64,000 nucleotides of DNA, taken from NCBI GenBank assembly GCA_035702585.1, contig DASSQI010000002.1:59-64058 (forward strand), given 5' to 3'. Below are positions 1 through 11,226 of the stretch, in pieces (within the stretch, counting starts at the first letter, position 1; each line of letters opens with the position of its first letter). The translations under genes and the position numbers were made by a program. This stretch comes from Anaeromyxobacteraceae bacterium (GTDB lineage: Bacteria > Myxococcota > Myxococcia > Myxococcales > Anaeromyxobacteraceae). The notes beneath the pieces are model-generated. The model saw only the letters and a program-made list of their open reading frames with translations, was not told where the DNA came from and ran no database searches.

Positions 1-2
1 AG

Positions 3-401
3 CAGTCGCTCGCGGAGCGGACGCAGCGCGTCGAGGCGCTCGAGGCAGAGCGCGAGCGGGTCCGCGCCGAGGCGGCTCGCGCCCGGCAGGAGGTCGACGC
101 GCGCGCCGCCGCGGCCGAGGCCCGCGCGGCCGACCTGGAGCGGCGCCTCGCGCGCGTCGCCGAGGAGCGCAACGCGTCGGAGTCGAGGGCGCTCGACTCG
201 CTGCGCGCGGCGCAGGGACGGTTCCAGGAGGAGCTCACGCGGCGCGAGGCGGCCCGGGCTGCGGAGCTGGAGCGGCTCCGGGGCGTCGTGCAGGAGCGCG
301 CGCGCCGCGAGCGGCTGCTCGAGATCGAGGTGCAGCGGCTGCGCGGCTCGAACGTGGCGGTGATCGCCTCGCCGCCGGCCGCGACCAACGTGGACGGGTG
401 A
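3..401 (+). CDS. C-terminal part of an Ala/Arg/Glu-rich coiled-coil protein (5' end outside window)
   Basis: Frame open from window edge to TGA 399-401, translated by hand (absent from ORF track, no start): QSLAERTQRVEALEAERERV...LRGSNVAVIASPPAATNVDG; coiled-coil-like composition, G/C-ending codons. Confidence 0.6.
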   Translation, partial: QSLAERTQRVEALEAERERVRAEAARARQEVDARAAAAEARAADLERRLARVAEERNASESRALDSLRAAQGRFQEELTRREAARAAELERLRGVVQERARRERLLEIEVQRLRGSNVAVIASPPAATNVDG

Positions 402-435
402 GCGGGAGCGGGGCGAGGATGCAATCCTCGTTCGA

Positions 436-1968
436 TCAGACCTCGACCGCCGCCGTGACCCGCACGTCGCGGCGACGGTGCGGGTCGTCGCGCATGCCGG
501 GCGCGTAGGCCCGCACGGTGTTCCGCCCGCCGCGCTTCGCCGCGAACAGCGCCGCGTCCGCGCAGTCGACGAGGGCGTCGATGCGGTTCGCGTCGAGCCG
601 CAGCACCGCCACGCCGACGGAGATCGTGACGCGGCCGCCCTCCGCGCCGGCGTTGACGAGGTTCGCGTCCTCGACGGCGCGCCGCAGCTTCTCGGCGATG
701 CCGACCGCCGCCTCGCGATCCGCCCGCGCGAGCACCACCGCGAACTCCTCACCGCCGTGGCGCGCGAGCAGGTCCACCTTGCGGATGCCGGCCTGCAGGA
801 TCTCGGCGATCTGGCGCAGCACCTTGTCGCCCGCGAGGTGCCCGTGGGCATCGTTCAGCTCGCCGAAGCGGTCGACGTCGATCATCGCCACGGCGAACGT
901 GTGGTCGAACCGCTCGGCGCGCTCGGTCTCGAGCTCCAGGCGCTGGAAGAGCGCGCGCCGGTTCGAGGTGCCCGTGAGCGCGTCCGAGAGCGACAGCGTG
1001 ACCGCGTGCTGGTGCAGGCGCGCGTTCGCGACGGCCATCGCCACCTGCTGCGCGGCGAGCTCGACGAAGCGGACGTCCTCGTCGTCGAAGGCGTTCGGGG
1101 CGGGCCGGTAGAGGTCGAGGACGCCCACGCAGGCGCCCTGGTGCACGAGCGGGACGGCGAGGAGGGAGCCGGGGCCGGGCGGCAGCCAGGTGCTCGGGGT
1201 GGTCCGCGAGTCCGCGTGGATGTCCGGGATGCGGACCACCACGCCGTCGCGCGCGGCCGAGCCCGCGGCCCCCTCGCCCATGGCGAGCCGCGACCCCTCG
1301 GCGCGCGCGTGGACCCCCGCCGCGCTCTTCACGAAGAGGTCGCCCTGGCGCTCGTCCACGAGGAACAGCGCGAACGCCCGGAACCCGAGCCGCTCGCCCA
1401 CGAGCGTCGCGACCTCGCGGCAGAGCGTGTCGAGATCGAGCGTCGCGTTGAGCGACCGGGACAGGTCCGAGAGCAGCGACAGCTCGCTGACGCGCCCCTC
1501 GAGCTTCCGGTTCGCCTCGTCTACGAGCGCGTGCTGCCGCTCCACCTCGGCCTTGAGCGCGAGCTCGCGCTGCATCGACGCCATCGCGAGCGCGTCGTCG
1601 GTCCTGAGCACGTTGAGGTCGGTGATCGCCTTCAGCGTCGCGTTGAAGCTGTCCGCGAGCTCCGCCAGCTCGTCCGAGCCTCGGACCGGGACGCGGTGCA
1701 GGAAGTCGCCCTGGCGCGCCCGCCGCAGCGCGAGCTTCATCTCGCGGAGGGGGCGGTGCACGATGACCTCGATCGCGACGAAGTGGACTGCGATCGTCAC
1801 GAGCGCGAGGATCGTCACCCACGCAGCGATCTCGCCCCAGAGCCCCGGCGCGACCTGGCGGGTCTCGACCCTGAGCCACACGACGCCTGCGAGCGCGACC
1901 AGGATCGAGGGGATGCCGACGGCGACGAGGAGCTTCCGGGCGAGCCGCTTTCGGACGAAGGCGAACAT
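436..1968 (-). CDS. membrane-anchored HAMP-GAF-GGDEF diguanylate cyclase
   Basis: ORF 436-2055; GGDEF signature RHGGEEFAVVL, HAMP-like SDELAELADSFNATL, N-terminal TM helix; start moved to internal Met (MFAFVRKRLARKLL) because the upstream 29 aa are Arg/Pro-rich read-through. Confidence 0.85.
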   Translation of the reverse strand: MFAFVRKRLARKLLVAVGIPSILVALAGVVWLRVETRQVAPGLWGEIAAWVTILALVTIAVHFVAIEVIVHRPLREMKLALRRARQGDFLHRVPVRGSDELAELADSFNATLKAITDLNVLRTDDALAMASMQRELALKAEVERQHALVDEANRKLEGRVSELSLLSDLSRSLNATLDLDTLCREVATLVGERLGFRAFALFLVDERQGDLFVKSAAGVHARAEGSRLAMGEGAAGSAARDGVVVRIPDIHADSRTTPSTWLPPGPGSLLAVPLVHQGACVGVLDLYRPAPNAFDDEDVRFVELAAQQVAMAVANARLHQHAVTLSLSDALTGTSNRRALFQRLELETERAERFDHTFAVAMIDVDRFGELNDAHGHLAGDKVLRQIAEILQAGIRKVDLLARHGGEEFAVVLARADREAAVGIAEKLRRAVEDANLVNAGAEGGRVTISVGVAVLRLDANRIDALVDCADAALFAAKRGGRNTVRAYAPGMRDDPHRRRDVRVTAAVEV

Positions 1969-2066
1969 CGAGCGGCCTCGAACGTAGCGGCAGCGGGGCG
2001 CGGGCACAACGGGGTTCCTGCCGCCGCGCTGGCATCGCGACGCCGGCCGGGGCATGAAGGAGCACG

Positions 2067-2813
2067 ATGGAGATCCTGCGCGCCCGCCTCCTGGAGCAGT
2101 TTCCGCACGGCTTCACCACTCGCGACGGCGGGGTCTCGCCGGCGCCGTGGCAGGCCATGAACCTGGGCGGCGCGGTGGGCGACGATCCGGAGCGCGTCGC
2201 CGAGAACTGGGGCCGGCTGCGCGGCGCGGTCGGCCTCGGCTTCGCGCGCGTCAGGCAGGTGCACGGCGACAGGGTGATCGTCGCGAGCGAGCCCCACGAG
2301 CCGCGCGAGGACGCCGACGCGGTCGCGACGGCCACGGCAGGGGTCGCGGCGTGCGTGTCGGTCGCCGACTGCGTCCCGGTCCTGCTGGCGGACCCGCGGT
2401 CCGGCGCCGTCGCGGCGGTGCACGCCGGCTGGCGCGGGTCGATCGCGGCGATCGCGGCCCGCGCGGTGGAGCTGCTCGCGCGACGGTTCGGGGCGGAGCC
2501 GGGCGAGCTGCTCGCGGCCGTCGGGCCTTCCAGCGGGCCCTGCTGCTACGAGGTCGATCCGCAGCTCGCGGCGCGCTTCGTCGCCGCGTTCGGCGAGGCG
2601 GTCGCGAACGCCAGCCCCGCGCAACCACGGCTCGATCTGTGGATGGCGAACGAGCGGGCGCTCCGTTGCGCGGGGGTTCGCGCCGGCAACATCGAGGTGC
2701 TCGGGCGCTGCACGTCGTGCGAGGCGGAGCTGTTCTACTCGCACCGGCGCGATCGTGGGTTGACCGGCCGACAGGTGGGATTCATCGCACCGCGCGGCGC
2801 CTCCCTTCCTTGA
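2067..2813 (+). CDS. pgeF: YfiH/PgeF family purine nucleoside phosphorylase / polyphenol-oxidase-like protein
   Basis: 248-aa ORF with family motifs FTTRDGGVS, VRQVHGD, VADCVPVLL, VHAGWRG, GPCCYEVD. Confidence 0.85.
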   Translation: MEILRARLLEQFPHGFTTRDGGVSPAPWQAMNLGGAVGDDPERVAENWGRLRGAVGLGFARVRQVHGDRVIVASEPHEPREDADAVATATAGVAACVSVADCVPVLLADPRSGAVAAVHAGWRGSIAAIAARAVELLARRFGAEPGELLAAVGPSSGPCCYEVDPQLAARFVAAFGEAVANASPAQPRLDLWMANERALRCAGVRAGNIEVLGRCTSCEAELFYSHRRDRGLTGRQVGFIAPRGASLP

Positions 2814-2878
2814 CCGAGGGACACGCACGCATAGGATCGCCCGGTGCCGCGCCCACGCGGCGACCCGGGGAGTCCTCC

Positions 2879-4207
2879 ATGAGAGCAGCTGCCGCCGCCA
2901 TTGCCGTCGCACTTCCCGCGCTCGCGCTCGCCCAGGCCGGTGCCCTGAACGCCGCCCGGGAGGCCGGCGCGAAGCAGGGCGCCGCGACGGAGGCGCGCAT
3001 GAAGGCCGCGGACGCGGCGTCGAGGAGCGAGCTTCCGGCGAGGTTGCCCGTCTCGCTGCCGGACGCCGATGCCGGCGCCGCGACGCTGCCGACCGACGCG
3101 GATGCCGCGGCGCTCGACGCCGCCGTCGACGAGGCGGCCGCCGGCGCGCCGACCTCCGTCGAGGTGGCGGGCCACGGCGAGACGTACACGGTCGTGCGCG
3201 GCGACACGCTGTGGGACCTGTCGGCGCGCTTCCTCTCCGATCCGTGGTCGTGGCCGAAGATCTGGTCCAGCAACCCCCAGATCGCGAACCCGCACTGGAT
3301 CTACCCCGGCAACGTGCTGCGCATCGGGCCCGGCGGCACGCTCGAGCCGGTCGTGGCGGGAGACGATCAGCCGCCGGCCGACGACCTCGGTGACATCCAG
3401 GCGCCTCGAGACCTCGCCGACTTCTCGAAGGGCGAGCTCGGCAAGTCCGGCCTCGCGCTCGACGACCCCGACGACGTCCTCGTCACGGGGCCGAAGCGCA
3501 TCGGCTTCGTGCCTGGGAAAGGCACGCTCACGCGGCGCGACAGCTTCGTCACCCGCCGCGAGCTCGCCGACTCCGGCGTCATCACGGCCGCGTTCGAGGA
3601 CAAGCTGCTCCTGACGGTGCACGACCGCGCGTACGCCGACTTCCGGGGCGGCGCGGTGAAGGCCGGCGACACGTACGCGGTCTTCACGACCGAGCGCGAG
3701 ATCCTGCACCCGGTGACGAAGCAGCCGTTCGGGTACCGCACGCGCATCCTCGGGAAGGTGCGCGTGGTGGCGGTGGACGACGCGAGGTCGGCCACGATCG
3801 AGGTGGTCGAGGCGTACGCGCCGATCGAGCGCGGCGCGTGGCTCGCGGCGGGCGGTGACAAGGGCCTGCGGCGCGTGCAGCAGCGGCCTGCGACGAAGGA
3901 GATCGACGGCGTCATCGTGGCGTCGCAGAGCGACGACGTCGCCGAGATCGCCGAGCACCACGTCGTCTACGTGGACAAGGGCACCGCCGACGGCGTCCAG
4001 GAGGGCAACGTCTTCACGGTCCTCCGCAGCGGCGATCCGTACGGCAAGCAGGCGACCCTCACGCCCGACGAGACGCTGCCGAACGAGGAGATCGGCGCGC
4101 TGCTCGTGGTGGACGCGAAGGAGAACGCCTCGACCGCGCTCGTCGTGCGCAGCGCGCGGGAGCTGGTGATCGGCGATCGCGCCGTCGCCCGCGCCTCGTC
4201 CAACTGA
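2879..4207 (+). CDS. secreted LysM peptidoglycan-binding domain protein
   Basis: In frame within ORF 2054-4207; start at MRAAAAAIAVALPALALAQA signal peptide; LysM motif YTVVRGDTLWDLSARFLSDPWSWPKIWSSNPQIANPHWIYPGNVLRI. Confidence 0.8.
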   Translation: MRAAAAAIAVALPALALAQAGALNAAREAGAKQGAATEARMKAADAASRSELPARLPVSLPDADAGAATLPTDADAAALDAAVDEAAAGAPTSVEVAGHGETYTVVRGDTLWDLSARFLSDPWSWPKIWSSNPQIANPHWIYPGNVLRIGPGGTLEPVVAGDDQPPADDLGDIQAPRDLADFSKGELGKSGLALDDPDDVLVTGPKRIGFVPGKGTLTRRDSFVTRRELADSGVITAAFEDKLLLTVHDRAYADFRGGAVKAGDTYAVFTTEREILHPVTKQPFGYRTRILGKVRVVAVDDARSATIEVVEAYAPIERGAWLAAGGDKGLRRVQQRPATKEIDGVIVASQSDDVAEIAEHHVVYVDKGTADGVQEGNVFTVLRSGDPYGKQATLTPDETLPNEEIGALLVVDAKENASTALVVRSARELVIGDRAVARASSN

Positions 4208-4259
4208 CGCCGGGCGTCGTTGACCAACGTCATACCCGGCCGGTATACGCCGGCCTCCG

Positions 4260-5126
4260 ATGCAGCTCGAGCCCCGCACGCTCCGTCCGGGCGATGCAGA
4301 GTACCCGGCGCCCCTCGCGCGGATCCCGGATCCGCCGCAGCGGCTGCGCGTGCGCGGTGACCTGCGCGCGGGCGCGCCGCGCGTCGCCATCGTCGGCCCG
4401 CGCCAGCCGGACGAATACGGTGTCGACGTCGCCCGCGAGCTGGCGACCGGGCTGGCTCGAGCAGGCGTGACGGTCGTCTCGGGCGGCGCCGCCGGGATCG
4501 ACGCCGCCGCGCACGATGCGGCGATGCGGGCGGGCGGCCACACGATCGCCGTGTTCGGGACCGGCATCGACGTCCTGTTCCCGGCGTCGAACCGCGGGTT
4601 GTTCGCGCGGATCCTGGAGACGGGCGGGGCGCTCGTCAGCGGCCTCGAGGACGGGCAGCGCGGCGCCCAGTGGACTTTCCCCGAGCGGAACCGCCTCGTC
4701 AGCGGGATGTCGGCGGCGGTGGTCGTCGTGCAGGCGGCGCCGGGGAGCGGCGCCCTCATCACGGCCGATCACGCGTTCGCGCAGCGCGTGGAGGTCCTCG
4801 CGGTGCCCGGTGACGTGCGGAATCCCCTGTCAGCAGGCCCGCATGCGCTGCTCCGGCGCGGAGCGGGGCTGGTGGCGAGCGCTCGCGACGTCCTGGCCGT
4901 GATTGGCCTCGAGGGCCAGCTGACGCTAGGAATGGGGGCGGCGCCCGCCCTCGAGGGGGCGGAGGCCGCGCTCTATGGGGTGCTCGCCCGCGTGCCCCGG
5001 CACGCGGATGAGCTTGCGAGGGCAGCGAGATTACCTGCCGGGCAGGCGATCGCTGGGCTGCTGGCCCTCGAGGTCCGAGGGTTGTGCGAGCAGCGCCCGG
5101 GCAACTACTTTGCGCGCCGCAGTTGA
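4260..5126 (+). CDS. dprA: DNA-processing protein DprA
   Basis: 288 aa; Rossmann-like DprA core VAIVGPR...VVSGGAAGIDAAAHDAA...FPERNRLVSG; position directly upstream of topA. Confidence 0.85.
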   Translation: MQLEPRTLRPGDAEYPAPLARIPDPPQRLRVRGDLRAGAPRVAIVGPRQPDEYGVDVARELATGLARAGVTVVSGGAAGIDAAAHDAAMRAGGHTIAVFGTGIDVLFPASNRGLFARILETGGALVSGLEDGQRGAQWTFPERNRLVSGMSAAVVVVQAAPGSGALITADHAFAQRVEVLAVPGDVRNPLSAGPHALLRRGAGLVASARDVLAVIGLEGQLTLGMGAAPALEGAEAALYGVLARVPRHADELARAARLPAGQAIAGLLALEVRGLCEQRPGNYFARRS

Positions 5127-5160
5127 GGGCGCCCGTAACTTGAGGAAGAGCACGAACGAA

Positions 5161-7587
5161 ATGGCCGTGACCGCGAAGACCGACGGTGAGAAAGCCCCCC
5201 GAAAGCCGAAGGCTGCCCCGAAGAAGAGGGCGTCGACCGGCTCCGGCCCGGCGCTGGTGGTGGTCGAGTCGCCCGCCAAGGCGAAGACGATCAAGAAGTA
5301 CCTGGGCCGCAAGTTCGACGTGAAGGCGTCGGTCGGCCACGTGAAGGACCTCCCGACCTCCAAGCTCGGCGTCGACATCGAGAAGGGGTTCGCGCCCGAC
5401 TACGTGCCGATCAAGGGCAAGGCGAAGGTCCTCTCCGAGATCAAGCGCGCCGCGAAGAACGCCGAGCACGTCTTCCTCGCGACCGACCCCGACCGCGAAG
5501 GGGAGGCCATCGCCTGGCACATCGCCGAGGAGATCGGCGTCGAGGGCGGAGACGGCCGCGTCCGCCGCGTGCTGTTCAACGAGATCACGAAGAACGCGAT
5601 CCTGAAGGCCATCGCCGAGCCGCAGGACCTCGATCGCCGCAAGTTCGACTCGCAGCAGGCGCGCCGGATCCTCGATCGGCTCGTCGGCTACCAGATCAGC
5701 CCGATTCTCTGGAAGAAGGTCCGCCGCGGCCTCTCCGCCGGCCGGGTGCAGTCGGTCGCGGTGCGCCTCGTCGTCGAGCGCGAGCGCGAGATCCAGGCGT
5801 TCAAGCCCGAGGAGTACTGGACCATCGAGGCGGACCTCGCCGCGCAGCTGCCGCCCGAGTTCCGCGCCAGGCTGGTCAAGGTCGACGGCCAGAAGGCGGA
5901 GCTCAAGGAAGAGGCGACGACGCGCGCGCTGGTCGACGAGATCCAGAACGCGCCGTTCTCGGTCGCGTCGGTGGAGCGCAAGGAGCGCCGCCGCAACGCG
6001 CCGCCGCCGTTCACGACCGCGAAGCTGCAGCAGGAGGCCGCGAACCGGCTCGGCTTCAGCGCGAAGAAGACGATGACGCTCGCGCAGCGGCTGTACGAGG
6101 GCGTGGAGCTCGGCGACGAGGGCGCGATCGGCCTCATCACGTACATGCGCACCGACTCGGTGCGCCTGTCGAACGAGGCGGTCGACGCAGTCCGCACCCA
6201 CATCGCGGACCGCTACGGCAAGGACCACCTCCCGGACCAGCCGAACGTCTACAAGACGAAGCAGAAGTCGGCACAGGAGGCGCACGAGGCGGTCCGCCCG
6301 ACGACGCTGGAGTGGACGCCCGAGCGCGCGGCGCCGTACTTCGACGAGATGGGCGAGCGCGACATGCTGCGCCTGTACGAGCTCATCTGGAACCGCTTCG
6401 TCGCGTGCCAGATGCTCCCGGCGGTCTACGATCAGACCACCGCCGACATCTCGGCCGGCCGCGCGACGTTCCGCGCGGTGGGCTCGATCCTCAAGTTCCC
6501 CGGCTACCTCGCCGTGTACGGCGCGAAGCCGCCCGAGGAGGAGGCGGGCGCGCAGGAGGATGAGAAGGGCGAGGAGTCGGAGAAGAAGAACCAGGAGCGG
6601 CTCCTGCCTCCGCTCGAGCGCGGGATGGCGCTCACGCTGAAGAAGCTCGATCCGGAGCAGCACTTCACGCAGCCGCCGCCGCGCTTCAACGAGTCCTCGC
6701 TCATCAAGGAGCTCGAGGAGCGGGGCATCGGCCGGCCCTCGACGTACGCCGCGATCCTCTCGACGATCCAGGAGAAGACCTACGTCGAGAAGGTGGAGCG
6801 GAACTTCAAGCCGACCGCGCTGGGGTTCGTCGTCACGGACGAGCTCGTCCGTGCGTTCCCGCGCGAGATGGACGTCGCGTTCACCGCAGGGATGGAGGAG
6901 CGGCTCGACGAGATCGAGGAGGGCAACGCCGGCTGGCAGGCGGTGCTCGGCGACTTCTACCGCGATTTCAAGGAGGACCTCGCCAAGGCCGAGGTCCAGA
7001 TGCGCGACGTGAAGCGCCAGGAGACCCCGACCGATCTCGCGTGCGAGAAGTGCGGCAAGCCGATGATCATCAAGTGGGGCCGCATGGGCGAGTTCCTCGC
7101 CTGCTCCGGCTATCCGGAGTGCCGCAACACGATGAACTTCCGGCGCGAGGAAGACGGCACGATCGTCCCCGAGAAGGAAGAGGACGTCCCGACGGACGAG
7201 AAGTGCCCGAACTGCGGCTCGCCGATGGTCGTCAAGAAGGGCCGCTTCGGCCGCTTCCTCGCGTGCACCCGCTACCCGGAGTGCAAGACGTCGAAGCCGA
7301 TCTCGATCGGCGTGACCTGCCCGAAGGGCTGCGGCGGCTACATCAGCGAGCGGCGCTCCAAGCGCGGCAAGACGTTCTACGGCTGCTCGTCGTACCCGAA
7401 CTGCGACTTCGTCGCGTGGGACAGGCCGCGCAACGAGACTTGCCCCGCGTGCGGGAACACCTGGCTCGTCGAGAAGTACTCGAAGAAGCTGGGCTCGTTC
7501 ATCGCGTGCGGGAACAAGGAGTGCGACTACCGGCGCATGCCCGAGCCGGGCAGCGCCGACGCCTCGACGGAGCCGTCGGCGGCCTGA
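5161..7587 (+). CDS. topA: DNA topoisomerase I
   Basis: In frame in ORF 4975-7587; start at MAVTAKTDGE; TOPRIM VVVESPAKAKTIKKYLG, DPDREGEAIAWH; four C-terminal CxxC...C zinc ribbons. Confidence 0.95.
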   Translation: MAVTAKTDGEKAPRKPKAAPKKRASTGSGPALVVVESPAKAKTIKKYLGRKFDVKASVGHVKDLPTSKLGVDIEKGFAPDYVPIKGKAKVLSEIKRAAKNAEHVFLATDPDREGEAIAWHIAEEIGVEGGDGRVRRVLFNEITKNAILKAIAEPQDLDRRKFDSQQARRILDRLVGYQISPILWKKVRRGLSAGRVQSVAVRLVVEREREIQAFKPEEYWTIEADLAAQLPPEFRARLVKVDGQKAELKEEATTRALVDEIQNAPFSVASVERKERRRNAPPPFTTAKLQQEAANRLGFSAKKTMTLAQRLYEGVELGDEGAIGLITYMRTDSVRLSNEAVDAVRTHIADRYGKDHLPDQPNVYKTKQKSAQEAHEAVRPTTLEWTPERAAPYFDEMGERDMLRLYELIWNRFVACQMLPAVYDQTTADISAGRATFRAVGSILKFPGYLAVYGAKPPEEEAGAQEDEKGEESEKKNQERLLPPLERGMALTLKKLDPEQHFTQPPPRFNESSLIKELEERGIGRPSTYAAILSTIQEKTYVEKVERNFKPTALGFVVTDELVRAFPREMDVAFTAGMEERLDEIEEGNAGWQAVLGDFYRDFKEDLAKAEVQMRDVKRQETPTDLACEKCGKPMIIKWGRMGEFLACSGYPECRNTMNFRREEDGTIVPEKEEDVPTDEKCPNCGSPMVVKKGRFGRFLACTRYPECKTSKPISIGVTCPKGCGGYISERRSKRGKTFYGCSSYPNCDFVAWDRPRNETCPACGNTWLVEKYSKKLGSFIACGNKECDYRRMPEPGSADASTEPSAA

Positions 7588-7592
7588 TCACC

Positions 7593-7611
7593 CCGCGGGC
7601 TTCAGCCGCGG
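7593..7611. terminator. hairpin between convergent topA and DksA-like gene (bidirectional terminator candidate)
   Basis: ccgcgg-gcttcag-ccgcgg stem-loop 6 nt after topA stop and 11 nt before the antisense gene stop; no U-tract. Confidence 0.45.
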
Positions 7612-7621
7612 AACAGGTGTC

Positions 7622-8005
7622 CTAGCCAGGCTCCTGCACCTGCGCCTCGCGCACGAGGCCGCGCTCGCGGCGCGTCGCGCAGTCGGTGCACAGCGTCGCG
7701 AACGGCAGCGCCTTGAGGCGCCGGACGTCGATCTCGCTGTCGCAGTCGAGGCAGACGCCGTAGTCGCCCGCCTCCATGCGCGCGAACGCGGCGTCGATCA
7801 TGGCCACCTGCCGCCGCTGGACCTCGCCGATGCGCGACAGCGTGTACTCCTCGTGCTCCTGCTGCGCGCCCTCCTCGAACTCGGGATCGCGCTCCGCGCC
7901 GCGAAGCGCCTCCAGCGCCTGTTGCGCGCGGGTGGCAGTCTCGAGGATCGTGCGGCGGCGCTTCTGCAGTGTCGTCTTCAGATCCGCGATCTCTTCGGGA
8001 CGCAC
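7622..8005 (-). CDS. DksA/TraR family C4-type zinc-finger protein
   Basis: C-terminal part of ORF 7622-8212; CLDCDSEI...CTDC zinc finger after coiled-coil; GTG start at 8005 preceded by AGGAGG (cccaggaggatctcgaccGTG). Confidence 0.75.
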   Translation of the reverse strand: MRPEEIADLKTTLQKRRRTILETATRAQQALEALRGAERDPEFEEGAQQEHEEYTLSRIGEVQRRQVAMIDAAFARMEAGDYGVCLDCDSEIDVRRLKALPFATLCTDCATRRERGLVREAQVQEPG

Positions 8006-8265
8006 GGTCGAGATCCTCCTGGGGGTGGAGACACGAAAAGCGCGCCCCGGAGGCCGCCACCGGATCACTCCGGTGCGCTCCCGCGCGCGCTTGACCAAAA
8101 GTTGGTGTCGCAAGGTGGCGAAGCGCAACCCCGCTGACGGGACAGGGGGCGCCTGGGGAGGAGGCGAGGGAGCTCGCACGTCGACTTGCTCGCCTCGGCG
8201 GTAGTTCACCAAACGTCAACATGATCGGGCGGCGAGCCGCGCCCGAGAGGAAGAGGTGAGGCGAG

Positions 8266-9588
8266 ATGGGTGAGCGAGTCACGATCGTGGGCGCCGGGCT
8301 CGCGGGCAGCGAGGCCGCGTGGCAGCTCGCGCAGGCGGGCGTCGACGTGGAGCTCCGCGAGATGAAGCCCGAGCGGCGCTCGCCGGCGCACCACCTCGAC
8401 GGCTTCGCCGAGCTGGTCTGCTCGAACTCGCTGCGCTCCGACAACCCGGAGAACGCCGTCGGCCTGCTGCACGAGGAGCTTCGAAGGCTCGGCAGCGTGG
8501 TCCTCGCGTGCGCGGACGCGACGCGCGTGCCCGCCGGTGACGCGCTCGCCGTCGACCGCGAGCGGTTCAGCGCGCTCGTGACGGCGCGCCTGCGCGAGCA
8601 CCCCCGCATCCACGTCGTACCCGGCGAGGTCGCGACGCTGCCGCCGCCCCCCGCGCTCGCGATCGTCGCCACCGGGCCGCTCACGTCCGACGCGCTCGCC
8701 GCCGAGATCGCGGCGCTCTGCGGCGGCAAGCTCCACTTCTACGACGCGATCGCGCCGATCGTCTCGGCGGACTCGGTCGACGCCACGATCGCCTTCCCCG
8801 CCTCGCGGTACGGCAAGGGAGACGGCGCGGACTACCTGAACCTGCCGTTCGACGAGCCGCAGTATCGCGCGTTCGTGGAGGCGCTGCTCTCGGGCGAGAA
8901 GGTCGCGCCGCACGGCTTCGAGGAGCCGAGGTACTTCGAGGGCTGTCTACCCATCGAAGTGATGGCGGAGAGAGGGCCAGACGTGCTCGCTTACGGCCCC
9001 ATGAAGCCGGTCGGCCTCGAGGACCCGCGGACGGGCCGCCGGCCCTTCGCGGTGGTGCAGCTCCGGCGCGAGGACGTCGAGGGGACCGCGTACAACATGG
9101 TCGGCTTCCAGACGCGGCTCACGTGGGGCGAGCAGAAGCGCATCTTCCGCGAGCGCGTCCCCGGTCTCGCGAGCGCCGAGTTCGTCCGGCTCGGGCAGAT
9201 CCACCGGAACACGTTCGTCGAGGCGCCGCGCGTGCTCTCCCGGGACCTGTCGGTGCGGGAGCGGCCGCACGTGTTCCTCGCGGGACAGATGACCGGCGTC
9301 GAGGGCTACGTCGAGTCGACCGCGTGCGGCCTGCTCGCCGCGCGCGCGGTGCTCGATCGCGTCGCGGGGCGCCCCTTCCGGCCGCCGCCCGCGGCGACGG
9401 CGATCGGCGCGCTCCACCGCCACCTCACGGGCGACGCGCACCCCGCCGATTACGAGTACCAGCCGACGAACGTCGTGTTCGCGCTGTTCCCGCCGCTGCA
9501 GGGTCGCTTTCGTGGAAAGCAGGCGCGCAAGGCCGCCCACGCGGAGCGCGCGCGCCAGGAGATTCGGTCATGGCTCTCCGCAGCCTGA
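8266..9588 (+). CDS. trmFO: methylenetetrahydrofolate--tRNA-(uracil-5)-methyltransferase TrmFO
   Basis: 440 aa; FAD motif [41 protein letters not shown]. Confidence 0.9.
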   Translation: MGERVTIVGAGLAGSEAAWQLAQAGVDVELREMKPERRSPAHHLDGFAELVCSNSLRSDNPENAVGLLHEELRRLGSVVLACADATRVPAGDALAVDRERFSALVTARLREHPRIHVVPGEVATLPPPPALAIVATGPLTSDALAAEIAALCGGKLHFYDAIAPIVSADSVDATIAFPASRYGKGDGADYLNLPFDEPQYRAFVEALLSGEKVAPHGFEEPRYFEGCLPIEVMAERGPDVLAYGPMKPVGLEDPRTGRRPFAVVQLRREDVEGTAYNMVGFQTRLTWGEQKRIFRERVPGLASAEFVRLGQIHRNTFVEAPRVLSRDLSVRERPHVFLAGQMTGVEGYVESTACGLLAARAVLDRVAGRPFRPPPAATAIGALHRHLTGDAHPADYEYQPTNVVFALFPPLQGRFRGKQARKAAHAERARQEIRSWLSAA

Positions 9589-11216
9589 TGCACGTGGTTC
9601 GCCGCCGGTCGAGCACCGCCGCTCTCCGGCGAGGCATCCCGCTGATCGGGGCCGCCGCGGCGCTCCCGCTGGTCGCGGCCGTCGCGGTGCTTGCGCTGTC
9701 GTGCACGCGCGCGGAGCAGTCGCGTCCCGCGGGGCTCGGCAAGCCGATCGCGTCGGGGGCCGTCGTCGCCGTGAAGGCGTCGCCGAGCGGCGCGTTCGTC
9801 GCGTGGCTCGGCGCGTGCTCCAAGGTCACGAGCGGCATCGTCGCGCTGGGCACGCAGTCCTGTGAGCTGCGCGTCGCGCCCACGGGCGGCGCGGCCACCG
9901 GCAACGGCGGAGAGGGGCTCCTCGTCGCGAAGGGCGTGACGACGCTGCCGCACGGCTTCGTCTGGGCCGACGGGCAGACGCTGCTCGCGCTCGAGTCGTA
10001 CGAGCACGCCGCCGGCGAGGGCACCCTCGTCGTCTGGGACGGGTCGACGCGCCGCCTCGCCGACAAGGTGCGCTTCTACGCGGCGACGCCGGACGGCCAG
10101 CGGGTGGGCTGGGTCGCGAACGGCGTGCTCTCCGTGCTCGACCGCGCCGGCGACCGCGAGCCGGTGGTGATGGGAGACGACGTCGCGACGTTCGAGTTCG
10201 GGCCGCCCTCGACCGCGCCGATGGTTCTGCTCGCGCGACGCCAGTCGAGCGCCGGCGGAGACCTCCTCGTCCTCGCCGCGGGCAAGCTCACGCCGGTCGC
10301 GACGCGCACCGCGGAGTACCGCTTCTCTCCGGCCGGAGACTTCGCCTACACCGTCCGGGAGGGCGCGACCGACGCGCTCACGTTCGCGCGCGCCTCCGCG
10401 CCGAAGGCGGCGGTCCCGGTGCGCCGCAACGTGCACTCCTTCACGTTCGCGCCCGACGGATCCGCGATCGCGTTCGTCGCCGACGTCGCCCCCGGGCGCC
10501 AGGGCGATCTCTGGGTCGCGCGCGTCGCCGGCGAGGGTGCGCGGCCGGGCGCGCCCGAGAAGGTCGCGAGCGGCGTGGGTGAGGTCCGGTGGGCGCCGCG
10601 AGGCGGCGCGCTCGCGTGGCTCGCCGAGTTCGAGCCCGGGATGCGGTCCGGCGCGCTGACGGTACGGCCGGCTCCGGGCGCGGCTCCCGTGCAGCTCGCC
10701 TCCAAGGTGTCCGCCTACGAGTTCTCACCCGACGGCGGAGCCGTCGCGTTCCTCGAGCACGTCGTCCAGGGCGGCTACTCCGTCGACCTCCGTCTCGCGC
10801 GCCTCGGCGCCGACCCGCGGGCCGAGACGGTGGCCCGCGGCGTGTTCGGGTTCGACTTCGCGCCCGAGGGCGACTTCCTCTACTTCCGCGACGCCTGCGT
10901 CCAGAACGGCGAGTCCTGCGACCTCGAGCGCATCCCTGCGGCGGGCCTCGCTCCCGGCGCGAAGCCCGAGCGGCTCGCGCAGGCGGTGAAGAGCTTCGAC
11001 TTCGACCGCCGCAACGCGGAACGGCTCCTCCTCGCGGTGCAGCCCCCTGGGGGCAAGCCGGTCGGGATCTCCGTCTGGCGCGCCGGCAAGCTCACCGACG
11101 TCGATCGCGGGTTCGTGCCTGGCACGGGCACGTTCCTCGCGCCGGACTCCTCGCGGCTCGTCTACGCAGTACAGGAGAAGGGCCGCGAGGGCGTGTACCT
11201 CGCGGAGCTGAAGTAA
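9570..11216 (+). CDS. lipoprotein, probably beta-propeller (TolB-like repeats)
   Basis: In frame in ORF 9123-11216; start [13 protein letters not shown]..., lipobox VLALSC; repeated F-SPDG/APDG-type blades ([39 protein letters not shown]); overlaps trmFO end by 19 nt. Confidence 0.7.
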   Translation: MALRSLMHVVRRRSSTAALRRGIPLIGAAAALPLVAAVAVLALSCTRAEQSRPAGLGKPIASGAVVAVKASPSGAFVAWLGACSKVTSGIVALGTQSCELRVAPTGGAATGNGGEGLLVAKGVTTLPHGFVWADGQTLLALESYEHAAGEGTLVVWDGSTRRLADKVRFYAATPDGQRVGWVANGVLSVLDRAGDREPVVMGDDVATFEFGPPSTAPMVLLARRQSSAGGDLLVLAAGKLTPVATRTAEYRFSPAGDFAYTVREGATDALTFARASAPKAAVPVRRNVHSFTFAPDGSAIAFVADVAPGRQGDLWVARVAGEGARPGAPEKVASGVGEVRWAPRGGALAWLAEFEPGMRSGALTVRPAPGAAPVQLASKVSAYEFSPDGGAVAFLEHVVQGGYSVDLRLARLGADPRAETVARGVFGFDFAPEGDFLYFRDACVQNGESCDLERIPAAGLAPGAKPERLAQAVKSFDFDRRNAERLLLAVQPPGGKPVGISVWRAGKLTDVDRGFVPGTGTFLAPDSSRLVYAVQEKGREGVYLAELK

Positions 11217-11226
11217 CCGAGCGGGG